A program made the position numbers and the translations under genes. The notes below the pieces were generated by a model. It had not been told where the DNA came from. It searched no databases and worked only from the letters and a program-made list of their open reading frames with translations. 64,000 nt of DNA from Lama guanicoe (taxonomy: Eukaryota): assembly GCA_013239625.1 (NCBI GenBank), contig MU053881.1, positions 3,741,957-3,805,956 of the forward strand, written 5' to 3'. This document shows, one piece after another, positions 1 to 11,550 of this stretch (position 1 is the first letter of the stretch; each line of letters opens with the position of its first letter).

Positions 1-759
1 GGGCGTCGGGGGGTGGCTGGGATTCCTGCTAACATTCCTGGGACACCCTTGAGAGTTCTTCTCCGGCTCCCTGTGCCCCACCCTCTCTTTTGCTCCGTAG
101 TTCTGTCTCTTTGATGCTCTGGCTCTAGCTTTCTCCCCACCCCTGGAACTGAACAGCAGACTGACTTTCTCACAGGCCCCTGCAGTGCCTGTCAGGCCCT
201 GGGAAGCCCTGGAGCCCAGGGATGGGGCCATCTTCTTCTAAAGGGTTTCCCCAGCCCTGTGGGAGGCTGGGTCGGTGATTCATGGCTCCCGGAGAACCAG
301 AGATCGTCATCAGTACAGGACGTCCTGTCCAGACAGTGAGTTTGCTCAGCCCTTAAGTGGTTCAAGAGAGCGTGGTGCATTTTCCTAGACAATGGGTCCA
401 GCTGGCTTGCAATTAGCTCCGTTCTCCGTGGAGCAGGATGTGTGTGGGGAGCTCAAGCCTCATCATTGAGAGTTCCACCCTCGGCACGACCTCATCACTG
501 ATCCTTGGACAGTTGCATGGAGCTCCAAGCTCATGAGCATCAAATAGAGGTGTTTAGTCACCCTGGGCATGGATTACAACGTGCAGGGTCGGATGGATAT
601 GAATTATGCATGTGGCTTTGACAGCGGGGCCTCAGGCCAACACTTAGGTCCCCTCTTGGAAGAAGCAGATTTGTCTTTGGGTTCATCCCCTGTGGCCTGG
701 CCATGACTGCATGATACTAGGAGAAGCGTATAAGCTTCAGGGTCACTCAGACCGAAGTG

Positions 760-872
760 TAGGGCTGTGTGACCTCCGGCAAACTGCTTAACATCTCTGA
801 ACCTCAGTTTCCTCATCTGTAGAACGGGACGGTAACAACGCTGACCTCCAAAGTTTGTTGGAAAAACATTAG
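760..872 (+). mobile_element. MIR SINE fragment
   Basis: MIR core 'ctgtgtgacct...cttaacatctctgaacctcagtttcctcatctgta'. Confidence 0.85.
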
Positions 873-1378
873 CAGGGAAGGATTGCAAGCACCCGTCGCT
901 GTAGGCGCTTACCTGGAGGTGAAAGTTTTTGAAAACCATTGGCTAAAATGACAGCAGAGGCCAACTGACTCTCTGAGGAGGAGGAAGAAAGGTGAGGGGA
1001 ACTGTTTTCTTGGCTGCCACCTCACTCCATCTCCGAGGCTGGCTCTTGGGGAGCCAAGGCTGGGCTGGGCCATGGACACCAAGCTCCCCCTAGAAGCTGG
1101 GCACCACGGAAGCTCCCGGTGGGGAGTCCCACCCCAACCCTCTATGCGATTTGGGTTGTTCAAGTGTGTCCCTTGAGTCCAAGGGAGAAACTGAGGCTGA
1201 GCCATTTGCTGACACACACCACATCAGCTCTGGTGACCTGGCAGTGATTGCAGGGACACCAGGCTTACTGCCCGCGGTGGAAGTGAGCTCAACATCTTTT
1301 GAGGGGGTGCCACATGACAACAAAAATAAATGAGTAATTTTGAAATGAAAAATTAAGTTAAAAAAAACCAGCAAACAA

Positions 1379-1570
1379 GGCAGCAGGGTACAGCTCATGG
1401 TAGAGTGCGTACTTAGCATGCACGAGGTCCTGGGTTCAATCCCTAGTACCTCCATTAAAAATAAGTCAATAAATAAACCTAATTACCTCCCCACCCCCCA
1501 AAACAAACAAACAAACAAAAAAACAAAAGAAAGAAATTGCAAATGATTTTTTAAAAAACAAAACAAAAGT
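1379..1570 (+). mobile_element. Vic-1-type tRNA-Ala-derived SINE (long form)
   Basis: tRNA-Ala(AGC)-like head 'gggtacagctcatggtagagtgcgtacttagcatgcacgaggtcctgggttcaatccctagtacctcca', then 'aaacctaattacctcccc' segment and (AAAC)n/A-rich tail. Confidence 0.9.
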
Positions 1571-2849
1571 TTAAAAAAAACACAGCAAAAACCAGCTGGT
1601 GTCGAGGGGGCAGGAGAGGTCCTCAGGTTTGTGTATAAACAGAGTTAAATAAATAAATAAATAAACAAACAAACAAATGAATAAATAAAGGGAGGAGGGG
1701 CGGCAGCAGAGCGTTTGGGGGAGCTGGCTGCTCTGTTTTGCGTGGGGTATGTTTCCCATTACAAGAGGGCCGGGCAGGCCACACATGGGCAGAACAAAAC
1801 TATGCAGACGGGAGAATAATTGGGGGTGTCAGGGTCGTGGGATAATCTGGGAGTTGGTTTTCAAAATCTTCCTGACTGTTTCGTGACATTTACCATTGAA
1901 AAGACAGCTTTAAAAGTCGACTGTTAAGTTGAGTTCGGCTGGAACGCACTTACTCTGTTGGTGTGACTTCCCATAAGACGTGTCTTTCCTTCTACTCCAG
2001 GAAAGGACCCTGGTGGTTCTTATTTTTAATTCCTCTATTTCTCTAAAACCCATTTCAGATCTATCCAGCACGGGTCAAGTTTAGTTAGAATCTGGGTACC
2101 CGTTTCCGAAGGGGTTCCCCTGCCAGCTGGCTGCAGCATGTGCAGTGGGAAGGTGTGGAGGTCACCCCATCACCTTGACCTCATCATCCCTGTTCAGGTG
2201 GGGACACTGAGGCCAGGAGAGGGCAAGCCATTTGTTCGAGCCTGATCAGCTATGATCAGCCTAAAGTGGGGTGCAAACTTTAACCTGAGTTTGTGGAGTT
2301 CTCTTGTAGTCCCCAATATTTCCCTTTCTTGGAAAGCATCTCCTTCTAGGGTCTCCCTGCCAATACGGGAATCCAGATTGTGGTATTTACCCACCAGCCC
2401 CCGGCATCTAACATGAATCTGTGGGAGCCTCCAAGAGCTTGCAAAGGTGGGGCAAACATGAAAATCTCTCTGTTTCTCTCTATCTCTGTCACACTCGCAG
2501 TCAACCAAGCACTTTCATTGTTGAGAAAACCCAAGGGTCATAAAAGCGATTTGGATAGAAAACAAATAAAAATCTGGTTGGGGAAAGAAAGGCCAAATTC
2601 CTCATTATCCAGCAGGCTGCTTCTTTGGATAAACATTCACCTGGTCCAAATCTTCTTTCCTCCCCTCTTCCTTCGATAAAAACCTTCTCTTTCTCGGCAG
2701 TCGCAACGGTCCTGTCAGTGCAGACAACGTTCAGCGTTTCCATCAGCGTCATGCATGTTTTTCTGGGGTTTATTACTCGGCTGTAAAAATGTGCTCCAGG
2801 CAAAAAGTTGGCATTAAGTCTCATCTCAGACGTAATTGGTGGGGAGTTG

Positions 2850-2881
2850 TTTCCTTCCTTCCTTCCTTCCTTCCTTCCTTC

Positions 2882-2932
<51 letters not shown>

Positions 2933-2948
2933 TCATCTTTCTTCTTTT
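2850..2948. repeat. compound (TTCC)n(TTTC)n microsatellite / polypyrimidine tract
   Basis: Directly visible. Confidence 0.98.
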
Positions 2949-3114
2949 TACAGACAATCTTGGAAAGGGAAACAAAAAAGTCAAGAATTTACTGTTGGAA
3001 ACTCGGGTTTGGCCCCCCTGTGGGCTTCCCTCTTTGGTTTGGTTTGTTCTATATTAATTTTTTCTCCTCTAACCAGATATTTGAAGGCAAAGTTATAGAG
3101 GCTATAATCCCAGA

Positions 3115-3960
3115 CTTTCATTCATTCATTTTTCCATCAGCAACTGTTTACCAAGTGCCTACTATGCACTAGACACTGTTCTAGACTCCAAAGATGTGAA
3201 ATATGTCCATGGTCTAGGTTCCCGTGGGGCTGACGTGCACACACACTCACACGCAAACCTCCCATGTATCCAGACCGAAAAAACTTCAGTTTGCAGTAAG
3301 TGGTTGGCGTGGAGGAAGAGCAGGGAAGGGGCGCAGGCATTGGGGCTCTCAGTTTAGAGAGGGCTGGCATTTCCTCTCAAAGTCTCCCTTCCGTTATGAG
3401 ACATTGAGGCTCATAGAAGCCTCTTGCTGGATCTGGGGAGAAGAGGAGTCATGGAGAGAGGAAAGCACTCATGAAGGCTGGAAGGAGCATGGTGTGTTTG
3501 AATATCACAGAGAAGACCTCCTTTCTAGACTGCATTGAATGGCGGGTGTGGTAGGAGATAGTACTGGACACCAGTTGGGGTGCGGGAGGCACCAGACAGA
3601 TCAGGCTTTTAGCTTTTATCCAAGTGCAAGGAGAAGCCGTGGAAAGATGCTCAGTAGAGTGTGGAATGATAGAACTCTATTTCTGGAAGGTCTTCCTAGC
3701 CTCGGTGTGGAGGATGGATTGGAGACGGTTACCATGGCAGCGGGAACCCATGCAGGAAGCTATTGCAGTTGCCCCGATGTGCGCTGTCGGTGGGCTGGTC
3801 CCAGAAGGCGGCAGCAGAGATGGAGGGAAGGGTGTGGGATGGAGGGAGGTTGAGGGGGAACTGGACACGACCTGCTGGTGTCCAGGGGAAGAAGGGCTCG
3901 GGGATGACCCACGGTGGTGTCCAGAGGGAGTCAAGGATGAGTGAGGAGCCGTGATTCAAG
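3115..3960 (-). mobile_element. L2 LINE fragments (3' end plus upstream pieces)
   Basis: L2 3' end reversed 'ttcattcattca...caagtgcctactatgcactagacactgttctag'; purine-rich L2-like sequence at 3440-3960. Confidence 0.65.
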
Positions 3961-4119
3961 GTGGGGAAGGAGAAGGAAAAGTGAAAGGAGAGGGGGCATA
4001 GAGAAGGACTCCCTGGCTTCTGGTCCAGCCCAGGGTGGTTCAGACGCTGAACCCCATGAGGAAGAGCAGAGCGAGGAGCTGTGCAGTCTCCTGCTTCAGA
4101 CTCTGCCAGCACCCGGCCT

Positions 4120-4300
4120 GGGTCCAGCCCCGGGCCTCCCGCTTCCCAGCTGGGCAACCTGGAGCAGGTCACTTACCCTCACCGCACCTCAGTTTCCTCC
4201 TCCACAGAATGGGAATGATAATAATACAGTCTGGCTCATGGGGTTGCTGTGAGGTGAGATGGGTTCATCAGTGTTCTCAGAACAGCACCTGTACGTTATC
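4120..4300 (+). mobile_element. MIR SINE
   Basis: 'caggtcacttaccctcaccgcacctcagtttcctcctccacagaatgggaatgataata...gggttgctgtgagg'. Confidence 0.8.
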
Positions 4301-4339
4301 TACAGGTGGGATTCCGTCTGACACAGGGGTTGATCCGAC

Positions 4340-5010
4340 CACTTACCCGGCAAGCACTTCGGATACACCTGCCAGCGTGGGGCTTGCTCTCTGCTGGAGG
4401 GCTCAGACATGAAGTACATAGATGTAACACCCTGTGACAAGTGCTTCTGAGGAAAGGAATGGGGATCTACAAGAGGGCATAACAGAGAGAACAGAGATTA
4501 GGTCGTGGTGGGTGGTTAGGAGGGCACCTCTGGGGAAGTCCTGTATCATCTGAGTAGGTTTTAACAAGAAGGAGGGGAGGATCATTCCAGACCCAGGGAA
4601 CAGCAGAAGCCCAGGAGGGAGAATAGGACATGGTGTGTTCGAGCAAGTGAGTGTGAGAGAGTGTGTTTGGGGCAGACCAAGTAAGGGGGGAGCATGGCGG
4701 GAGGGGCAGCCCTGGGGCACGGCCCTGCGTCTGCTGGTCACGGTCAGCAATTGACGTTTTCTTCTAAGTGGGATGGAGATGTGATTGAAATGTTTCAGGC
4801 AGGGAGAGAGAAAGTCTGACTTACATTTGTCGAAGCTCACTTTGGCTGCCCTGTGAATTGGGCATAAATTGGGAGGCAGGAGAGAGGAACACCGTAACAG
4901 ACTTAGAGAAACTGTACGAAAGTGGCTGAGGCTCTGATCGTCCAAGAGATGGTGGTGGCTTGGACAGGGGTGGTGATTGTGCAGGTGGAGAGAGGTGGAT
5001 GTGCCCAAGA
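4340..5010 (-). mobile_element. L2 LINE fragment
   Basis: Typical antisense L2 sequence, e.g. 'ccagacccagggaacagcagaagcccagg', 'tcactttggctgccctgtga'. Confidence 0.65.
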
Positions 5011-5887
5011 AAAATCTCCGAGGTAAAACCAGTTTCTTTTCTACAGGGCTGCCTTAGAGGGTCATTAACCATGCAGGTTTTACCTGGTCGTTCCCATCAG
5101 TGGGCTCCAATCCCATCAAGGGCTCCCCAGTGCTTCTAGGATAACGCCCACATCTCCTTCGGTGTTAACAAAGCCTCTTGTCCCTGTGAGCCCTGGTACT
5201 CCTCCGCCCCTTGCGTCTGCGCCCAGGACCTCTGGGCCATTCTTAGCTCTCAGAATGCACCATGCTCCTTCCTCCCCAGGGGGATTTGTTGCTGCTGTAC
5301 CCCGCTCCTGGGATCTGGTCATTCCCCTCCAAGCTCCAAGCCCACCCTCCCTGCTGACCTCTTTCTGACGTCAATCTTAGCCCCTTCCCTACTAGCTAGA
5401 GATTTAAATGTTCCCACTGCAGTTATTAAAGGAAAGGTTGGGTAAGGCCTTCAAAGGCCAAACTAAATAGGTCAGAAAACTGCAGTTTACCCATCAGACG
5501 CTGTCATCTGAAAGCCATCTGGGGTCCGTTCCTGTTCGCCCCACTCAGGCGTGGTGCCCCCCAGTTGGCCGGACTGGGAGAGAGGGTATCTCAGGTGATG
5601 AGGATGAAGCCAGTGGCTGTGCATCGTCACAGCAAGCCTGTGAGGGAGACACGGCTGATGAGGACACTGGGGCTCCCAGAGGGGAAGTGACGAGCCCACG
5701 GTCACTCAGGCAGTAAGTGGGTGGCAGGCTGGGATCATGGTGGGTCTGTTGGAAGGCCAAGTCCACACTCGGTCCAGCAGGACTGAATATTCCCCTCACT
5801 GTCCACCCAGGCCTAAAACCCCTCCCTCTTGAGGCTGGCCTCAATGAAGGAGGGACCCTCTGAGTCAAGAGGAAGAGCCTGGGTGTC

Positions 5888-6242
5888 TGTCCTGGAACTG
5901 ACGGTGTCCCAGGCTGAAGCCCGAACCCCCTAATGTGGTGGGATTTAGAGATGAGGCCCTTAGGAGGTGGTTAGGGTCAGATGAGGTCATGGGAGTGGGA
6001 CTGTCATGCTGGGATTAGCGGCTTTATAAGAAGAGGAAGAGAGAGATCTGTCTCTCTCTGCCGGGTGACGGTGCAGCCGGAAGGCGGTCTGCAAACCCAG
6101 AAGAGGGCTGCCCCCTGGAACCTAATCGGTGGCACCTTGATTTTGGGTTTCCCAGACTCCGGGCCTGGGGGAATCCAACGTCTGTCATTTAAGCCACCCA
6201 GTCCATGGTGCTTTGTTATAGCAGCTCGAACAGACTAAGACA
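5888..6242 (+). mobile_element. MaLR solo LTR (MLT1A-like)
   Basis: TG...CA termini; 3' end 'tttaagccacccagtccatggtgctttgttatagcagctcgaacagactaagaca'; 5-bp TSD-like gtgtc/ctgtc. Confidence 0.85.
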
Positions 6243-7170
6243 CTGTCCTTCCTGCTCGCTGTCCATTGTCCCTTGGGAGGGCCTGGTCCTTCCTTCCTCC
6301 AGCCCTCAGTCTCACCTTCTCCTGGCCTGGTAGGGAGGTGGTGTTCACCAGCTAGAGGCTCAGCCACCCCTCAGAACCCAGCCTACAATCTTGTGAACCC
6401 AAAAGCAAGACGAGAAGAACCAGAACTCTGTTCGTCCCCATGCTTCCCATTTCTCAGATGGCAATGTTAAGGCACAGCAAGGTGAATGTCAAGGTCAATT
6501 CCAGCCTAACTCCACCTCTCTCAGCCCAGGGCCCTGGAGGCCTTGCAGTGCAGCCGGGCCAGACCCGGTGCAGCTGGTCCTTGGTTGGCAGCTTCTCCCG
6601 AGTACACTGGGTCCCTTCAGTGACTCTGGTAAGCTAGCACTAGTTTCCATGACACATTATTCATTTGAGACTTTGTGGGCCTGGTGCAGACAGGAGCTCA
6701 GAGCAGCTCGAATTGGACCGTGTGGCACTGGCTCTCCCACTTGCCCAGCAGGCCCTGGTCTGCGTCCTGCGCTGTCGGCCCTGCTCCAGGGCGTCAGCCT
6801 GCCTTCCGCATGCAGCCCCGAATCAAGACAGCTGAGGGCAAATCTGGGAGCTTCCTTTCCTACACCCCCAGCTTCTTCTACGACAGGACTTGGGGGGCCT
6901 TGGGCCGGGCCCCTTGTGCGCCTCAGATCAGCTCAGGGTTGAGTGATCAGACTCATCTTCTGGGAAAGTGGAGATCAGTTTTTCTAGAAGGACGGCATCT
7001 TTCTGACCACCAGAACCAAGGCCTGGATTTAGGCTCTGGAGCCAAGTGGAGCGCCCCACTCAGAGGAGCCAGCCGGAGGCCTGGCCACCAGCAGGGTCCT
7101 GAGACAACTGGACTCACTCTAGAATCAGTGCACATTCCCCATCTTTTTTGAGTGAACATCTTCAAGGGAC

Positions 7171-7678
7171 AGTGCTAGACAGTAGGAATCTGTTACCCAT
7201 CCACTTGATATACAGCAGCTAACATCTACAAATCCGGAACTCCCAATTTATCCCTCCACCACCCCTTTCCCTCCCGACAACCATAAGCCTGCCTTCTGTG
7301 TCTGAGTCTGTCTCTGTTTTGTAAATAAGTTCATTTGTCTGATTTTGTTTTTTAAGATTCCGCATATGAGTGATATCATATGGTATTTTTCTTTCTCTTT
7401 CTGGCTTACTTCACTTAGAATGATGATCTCCAGGTCCATCCATGTTGCTGCAAATGGCATTATTTTATTCATTTTTTATGGCTGAGTAGTAGTCCGTGGT
7501 ATAAATATACCACAGCTTCTTTCTCCAGTCACCCGTTGATGCACATTTAGTTGTTTCCGTGTCTCGGCTATTGTAAATAGTGCTGCTATGAACACTGGGG
7601 TGTGTGTATCTTTTCAAATTAGAGTTTCCTCCTGATACATGCCCAAGAGTGGGATTGCTGGATCATATGGTAAGTCTA
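7171..7678 (-). mobile_element. L1 fragment (ORF2 C-terminus plus partial 3'UTR)
   Basis: ORF 7248-7472 reads 'IMPFAATWMDLEIIILSEVSQKEKEKYHMISLICGI', the L1 ORF2p C-terminus. Confidence 0.95.
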
Positions 7679-8084
7679 CCCCCACGGCCTTCTAAATCGT
7701 AATTAAAAGACATGGCATCCCAGATGGGCTGGTGTAATGATCACCATTCAGCTGAAGAGGAAAAGGAAGCCTTGCTGGCCTGGTGAGGAGAAAGCCCCGT
7801 CCGTAGGCCAGCGGAGAATACTAACCAGCTCTGGACCCAGCCTGCACGGGGACTCAGCCAGTAGCATGTGTCGTGAGGTCTGTGCAAGTATCACTCACGT
7901 TTTATGGATGGCGAAACCAAGATCCAGAGTTTCTTTGGGGGTTAGAAAGTGGCACAAGAGTGACTCAAACCCTCCGGGATCCCAAGCTCATAGGATTTTC
8001 ACTGCTCCTATGGCCTCCCAATAATGAGCCTTTTTTTTCCCCTTACAATTTCTTTTTTCCTCCCAATATTTGTAGTTTTCTTTT

Positions 8085-8252
8085 TTAATTTAATTTAATT
8101 ACTTTATTTTTTGTGGGTTTTTTTTTTGGTGGAGGGGACGTAATTAGGTTTATTTATTTATTACTATTTTTTTTAATGGAGCTACTGGGGATGGAACTCA
8201 GGACCTCGTGCATGCTAAGCATGCTCGCTACCACTGAGCTATACCCTCCTCC
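8085..8252 (-). mobile_element. Vic-1-type SINE (long form)
   Basis: Reverse tRNA-Ala head 'ggacctcgtgcatgctaagcatgctcgctaccactgagctataccctcc', 'gtaattaggttt' segment, T-rich tail. Confidence 0.9.
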
Positions 8253-8779
8253 ACAAAAAATGATTCTTTACATCTGCAGAGCATCTTATGGAACATCTTG
8301 TGTAAGCATCTCATGTTACCAAGCATCTCAACGTGCATCACTCTGTTCATTCCTTACAAGAGCTTGGCGAGGCAGGAAGTGCGGCGGTGACTAGCCCCAT
8401 TTTATAGATGAGGAAGTGGAGGCTGAGCGAGGAGGAAGTAATTGCCTGCGTTCTTACAGCAGCAATAGGAACTCATGTCTCTGTAATGATTTATACCTTT
8501 CAGAATGCTTCCTGATTTTGGACATCACCATAGATCTATGAGGTAAGCAGACCTGGTATTATTATTGTTATTACTACCTTCATTGTTATGATTAGTAGTA
8601 GTAGTAATATTCCCATATCACAGATGAGTAAACTAAGATTCAGAGACATTAAGAAAAAAGATGAGAAGTGAACACTTGTATGTCAGACACAGAGCAAGGT
8701 ACCGTAGCTTCGCTATCTCACTGAATCTCAATAGCCCTCAGAAAGATATTTGCAAAGGCTTTCCGTGCATTCACTTCTG

Positions 8780-9200
8780 TACTCATTCACATGAGCAGTG
8801 TTTACGGAGTGCCTGCTGAGGGCCTGTTACTGTTCTAGGCGCAGGGAATACAGCCGTGAACAACAGAGCATCCTTGCCTTCACTGAGCAGATGTTCTTTG
8901 GGGAGGAGGTGGAACACAGCATGAACAAGTAAGTATCTGCTCTACCAGATGGCACGCGTGGCAGAGAAGGCAAGGAGAGCAGGATAAAGGGGATGGAGAG
9001 GTGTGTGGTGTTAGCTGGGAGGACGTGCTCAGGAGTGACAGGGTGCTGGGATTTGGTGACAGGAGTAGAGATCTGAATAAGGTGAGTGGGGAGGGGTTTC
9101 CGTGGAATCTTGAAGAATTATAAACAGCACTGAAGCGCGTTCGGGAGAAGCAGAGGAGACACCCCAGTGTGATGACAGTCCCGGCGGAGGGCAGCATCTC
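8780..9200 (-). mobile_element. L2 LINE fragment
   Basis: 'actcattcacatgagcagtgtttacggagtgcctgct...tgttctaggcgcagggaatacagccgtgaac'. Confidence 0.7.
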
Positions 9201-9217
9201 TGTCTTAAGGGTTTGAA

Positions 9218-9582
9218 ATCACTTATATGTGGAATCTAAAAAAAACTGACACAGAGGAACTTATTTACAAAGCAGAGACAGACTCACAGACAGAGAAAAC
9301 AAACTTATGGTTACCCAGGGGGAAAGGAGGTGGTGGAAAGATTTGCAGATACTGACTACTATACAAAAAATAGATAAATAACAAGGTCCTTCTGTCTAAC
9401 ACAGGGAACTATATTCAATGCCTTGTAATAGCCTATAAGGAAAGAGAATATGAAAAGGAATATATATGTGTATAAATGAATCACTGTGCTGTATACCAGA
9501 AATTAACACAACATTGTAAATTGATTATACTTCAGTAAAATAAAATGAAATAAAATAAAATAAAATAAAATAAAATAAAATA
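9218..9582 (+). mobile_element. 5'-truncated L1 3'UTR with (TAAAA)n tail
   Basis: 'atcacttatatgtggaatctaaaaa...cacagggaactatattcaat...acattgtaaattgattatacttca' then (TAAAA)n at 9536-9582. Confidence 0.92.
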
Positions 9583-10069
9583 GGCCCAGACTTGTTAACA
9601 TGTCACTTCATTGAATCCTTACGACCCTGGGGTGTGGATTGAGGGAAACTGAGGCTGAGAGGCAAAGTTCACCATCTCAGAATTAAAACGTTGCTGATTC
9701 AAGACCCACCAGAACCCACCTCGGCCAGGAGGAAGTGCAGGAAAGGAGCGGGGTTGTGGGGGATGGTGATGGAAGTGCAGCCACCCACCTCAGGAGGACC
9801 ACACCCTTTAGGACTTGAAGGCCAGCCTAAGAATTGGGGCTCCATCCTGAAAGTGGTGGGAAACCATGGGAGGGTTTTAAGTCGGGACAAGACAGAAACT
9901 GGTGTACGTTTCATTGAGAGCACTGTGCCTGGAGAGGGGTGTGGAGTACCTAAGGGGAAGCTGGATGATTAAGGGGACGGATGACTGTGTCATTAACTGA
10001 GATGAAGAGATGGATGGATGAGGAGGATGGATGCCCATCCTCCTGTTAAAGAAATCTTATGTAATGTCA

Positions 10070-10553
10070 AAGCTCTTAGACTGGAGTCCAGGACCACTTT
10101 GGGGGGTGAGAAGGGGAGACTGTCTTTTAAGCTGGATGGGAAAACATTACATCTTTAGTTTGGTGGTCCTCTGAAATGCATCACTTACTTTCCTTAGTGT
10201 AGGCAGCAACCCAGAGCAGCGCTACCAACAATTGTGACTTTGTCACCAAGTAGACACCCTGTGCTTTCAGGTCCCATTACAGGCATTATAGATACTTTGA
10301 AACTTCGTCCCTGCCCATCAGTACTTCAGAACTGTGGGAATCAGCGGCTCAGCCCCAGATCCCATCGATTGCTACATTAACAAAGAAGCACCAGTATTAG
10401 CACGTGGCAGCATCTCGACAACTGTATTTAAATATAATTAGGTGGCTTGGTTATCTCATTTCATTCATTTCAAACCCTTATTCGGAGAGGACATCCATAG
10501 GCTTCCGCAGCTGCCAGAGGGGCCCATCGCACAAAAGAGGTTTAAAACTCTGG
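10070..10553. mobile_element. old hAT-Charlie-type non-autonomous DNA transposon
   Basis: End 'tccataggcttccgcagctgccagaggggcccatcgcacaaaagaggtttaaaactctg' resembles Charlie-family termini; subfamily not assigned. Confidence 0.6.
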
Positions 10554-11189
10554 AATGGGGCTCACTTGTTTCCTGCGCATCTTTTACCTTGAATTCTCTG
10601 CACTGGTTCCAGGGGAGACGTAGTGATTCTGGCCCAGAGCCTCCTGGAGGCTGAGGTATGGGCCCAGGCGACTCCTTTGCCTCAGGGTTTGTGGACAGAG
10701 CTCAGGAAATGTTACTTTAATTTGGAATTGATGTTAACCAAGGGTCTTCACCCACATCTGGATTTCTGGCTTCTCTTATAGAATCGGGAGGTCTGGCAAC
10801 TCTGGGCTCTTCCACCACCTCCCATGGTTCAATGACTGGGGCTCAGTAGCTGCCACCCCAGTGGACAGAGTGCCCCTCCCCAGCTTGCAGCAGCCCCCAG
10901 GCACCCTGCTGCAGGGATATGCTCCATGGTGAGCCCCAAGGCTGTGGAGGTTTTGGTCCCCAGGTTGGGGACGGGTGTGACTAGGGGATACCCTCACGTC
11001 TCACTCCATCTCCAGGGATCAACTTAGTAGCCAGTGGTGATTCGCTGAACTGCTCCCAGCTGCATCACTTAAGGGGAGGCCATCTGAAGCTTCGGCCAGA
11101 CCCAACCGGCCAGTTGGAATGCAGGCAAATCGGGACCCACAGACAGCTCCCTGTCTCCCGGACCCCGGTCTTGCTTCTTGCTTCATTGA

Positions 11190-11550
11190 GCTCACTCACT
11201 GAAAACCTTCCCGTGGCTTCTCATTGCACCGAGAATATTATCCAGGCTCTGGAGAATGTCCCAAGCACCTGGGCCCTCACTCCAAGTTCCCCTCCTTCTC
11301 AGCCTTCAGGACAAGGGTCACCTCCTGGGAGAGGAGGGTTCCCTGACCACTCTCCAAAGTTGTGCTCCCAGCACCTCCACACTTTCTCGCTACCTGCTTT
11401 CTTCTCCTCAAAGCTCTTACCATCATCCCCAAATTATGTTCTTAACTTCCTTCTTTCCTTTCAGCCCTCCTACTGGCATGCAGACTTCACGACTGCAAAC
11501 TCCTGCATGCTGGTCCATCAGGAGCGTTGGATAGATACGGATAAATAAAG
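11190..11550 (+). mobile_element. L2 LINE fragment
   Basis: 'aaaaccttcccgtggcttctcattgc', 'gtcacctcctgggagaggagggttccctgaccac'. Confidence 0.55.

Noticed and set aside
2789..3172. Phe/Leu/Ser-rich membrane-like ORFs
   Set aside because: Translation of the (TTCC)n(TTTC)n microsatellite.
4403..5008. Long ORFs of 200+ aa (also 15575-16219, 51815-52528, 55545-56249)
   Set aside because: They overlap L2/MIR, low-complexity or GC-rich sequence with few stop codons, and have no recognisable domain.
7248..7472. ORF with a recognisable protein motif (also 34035-34256 and 17339-17566)
   Set aside because: L1 ORF2p C-terminal remnants in truncated retrotransposons, not host genes.
8942..8955. CTCF-like motif CTACCAGATGGCAC
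   Set aside because: Single imperfect match inside an L2 fragment; expected by chance in 64 kb.
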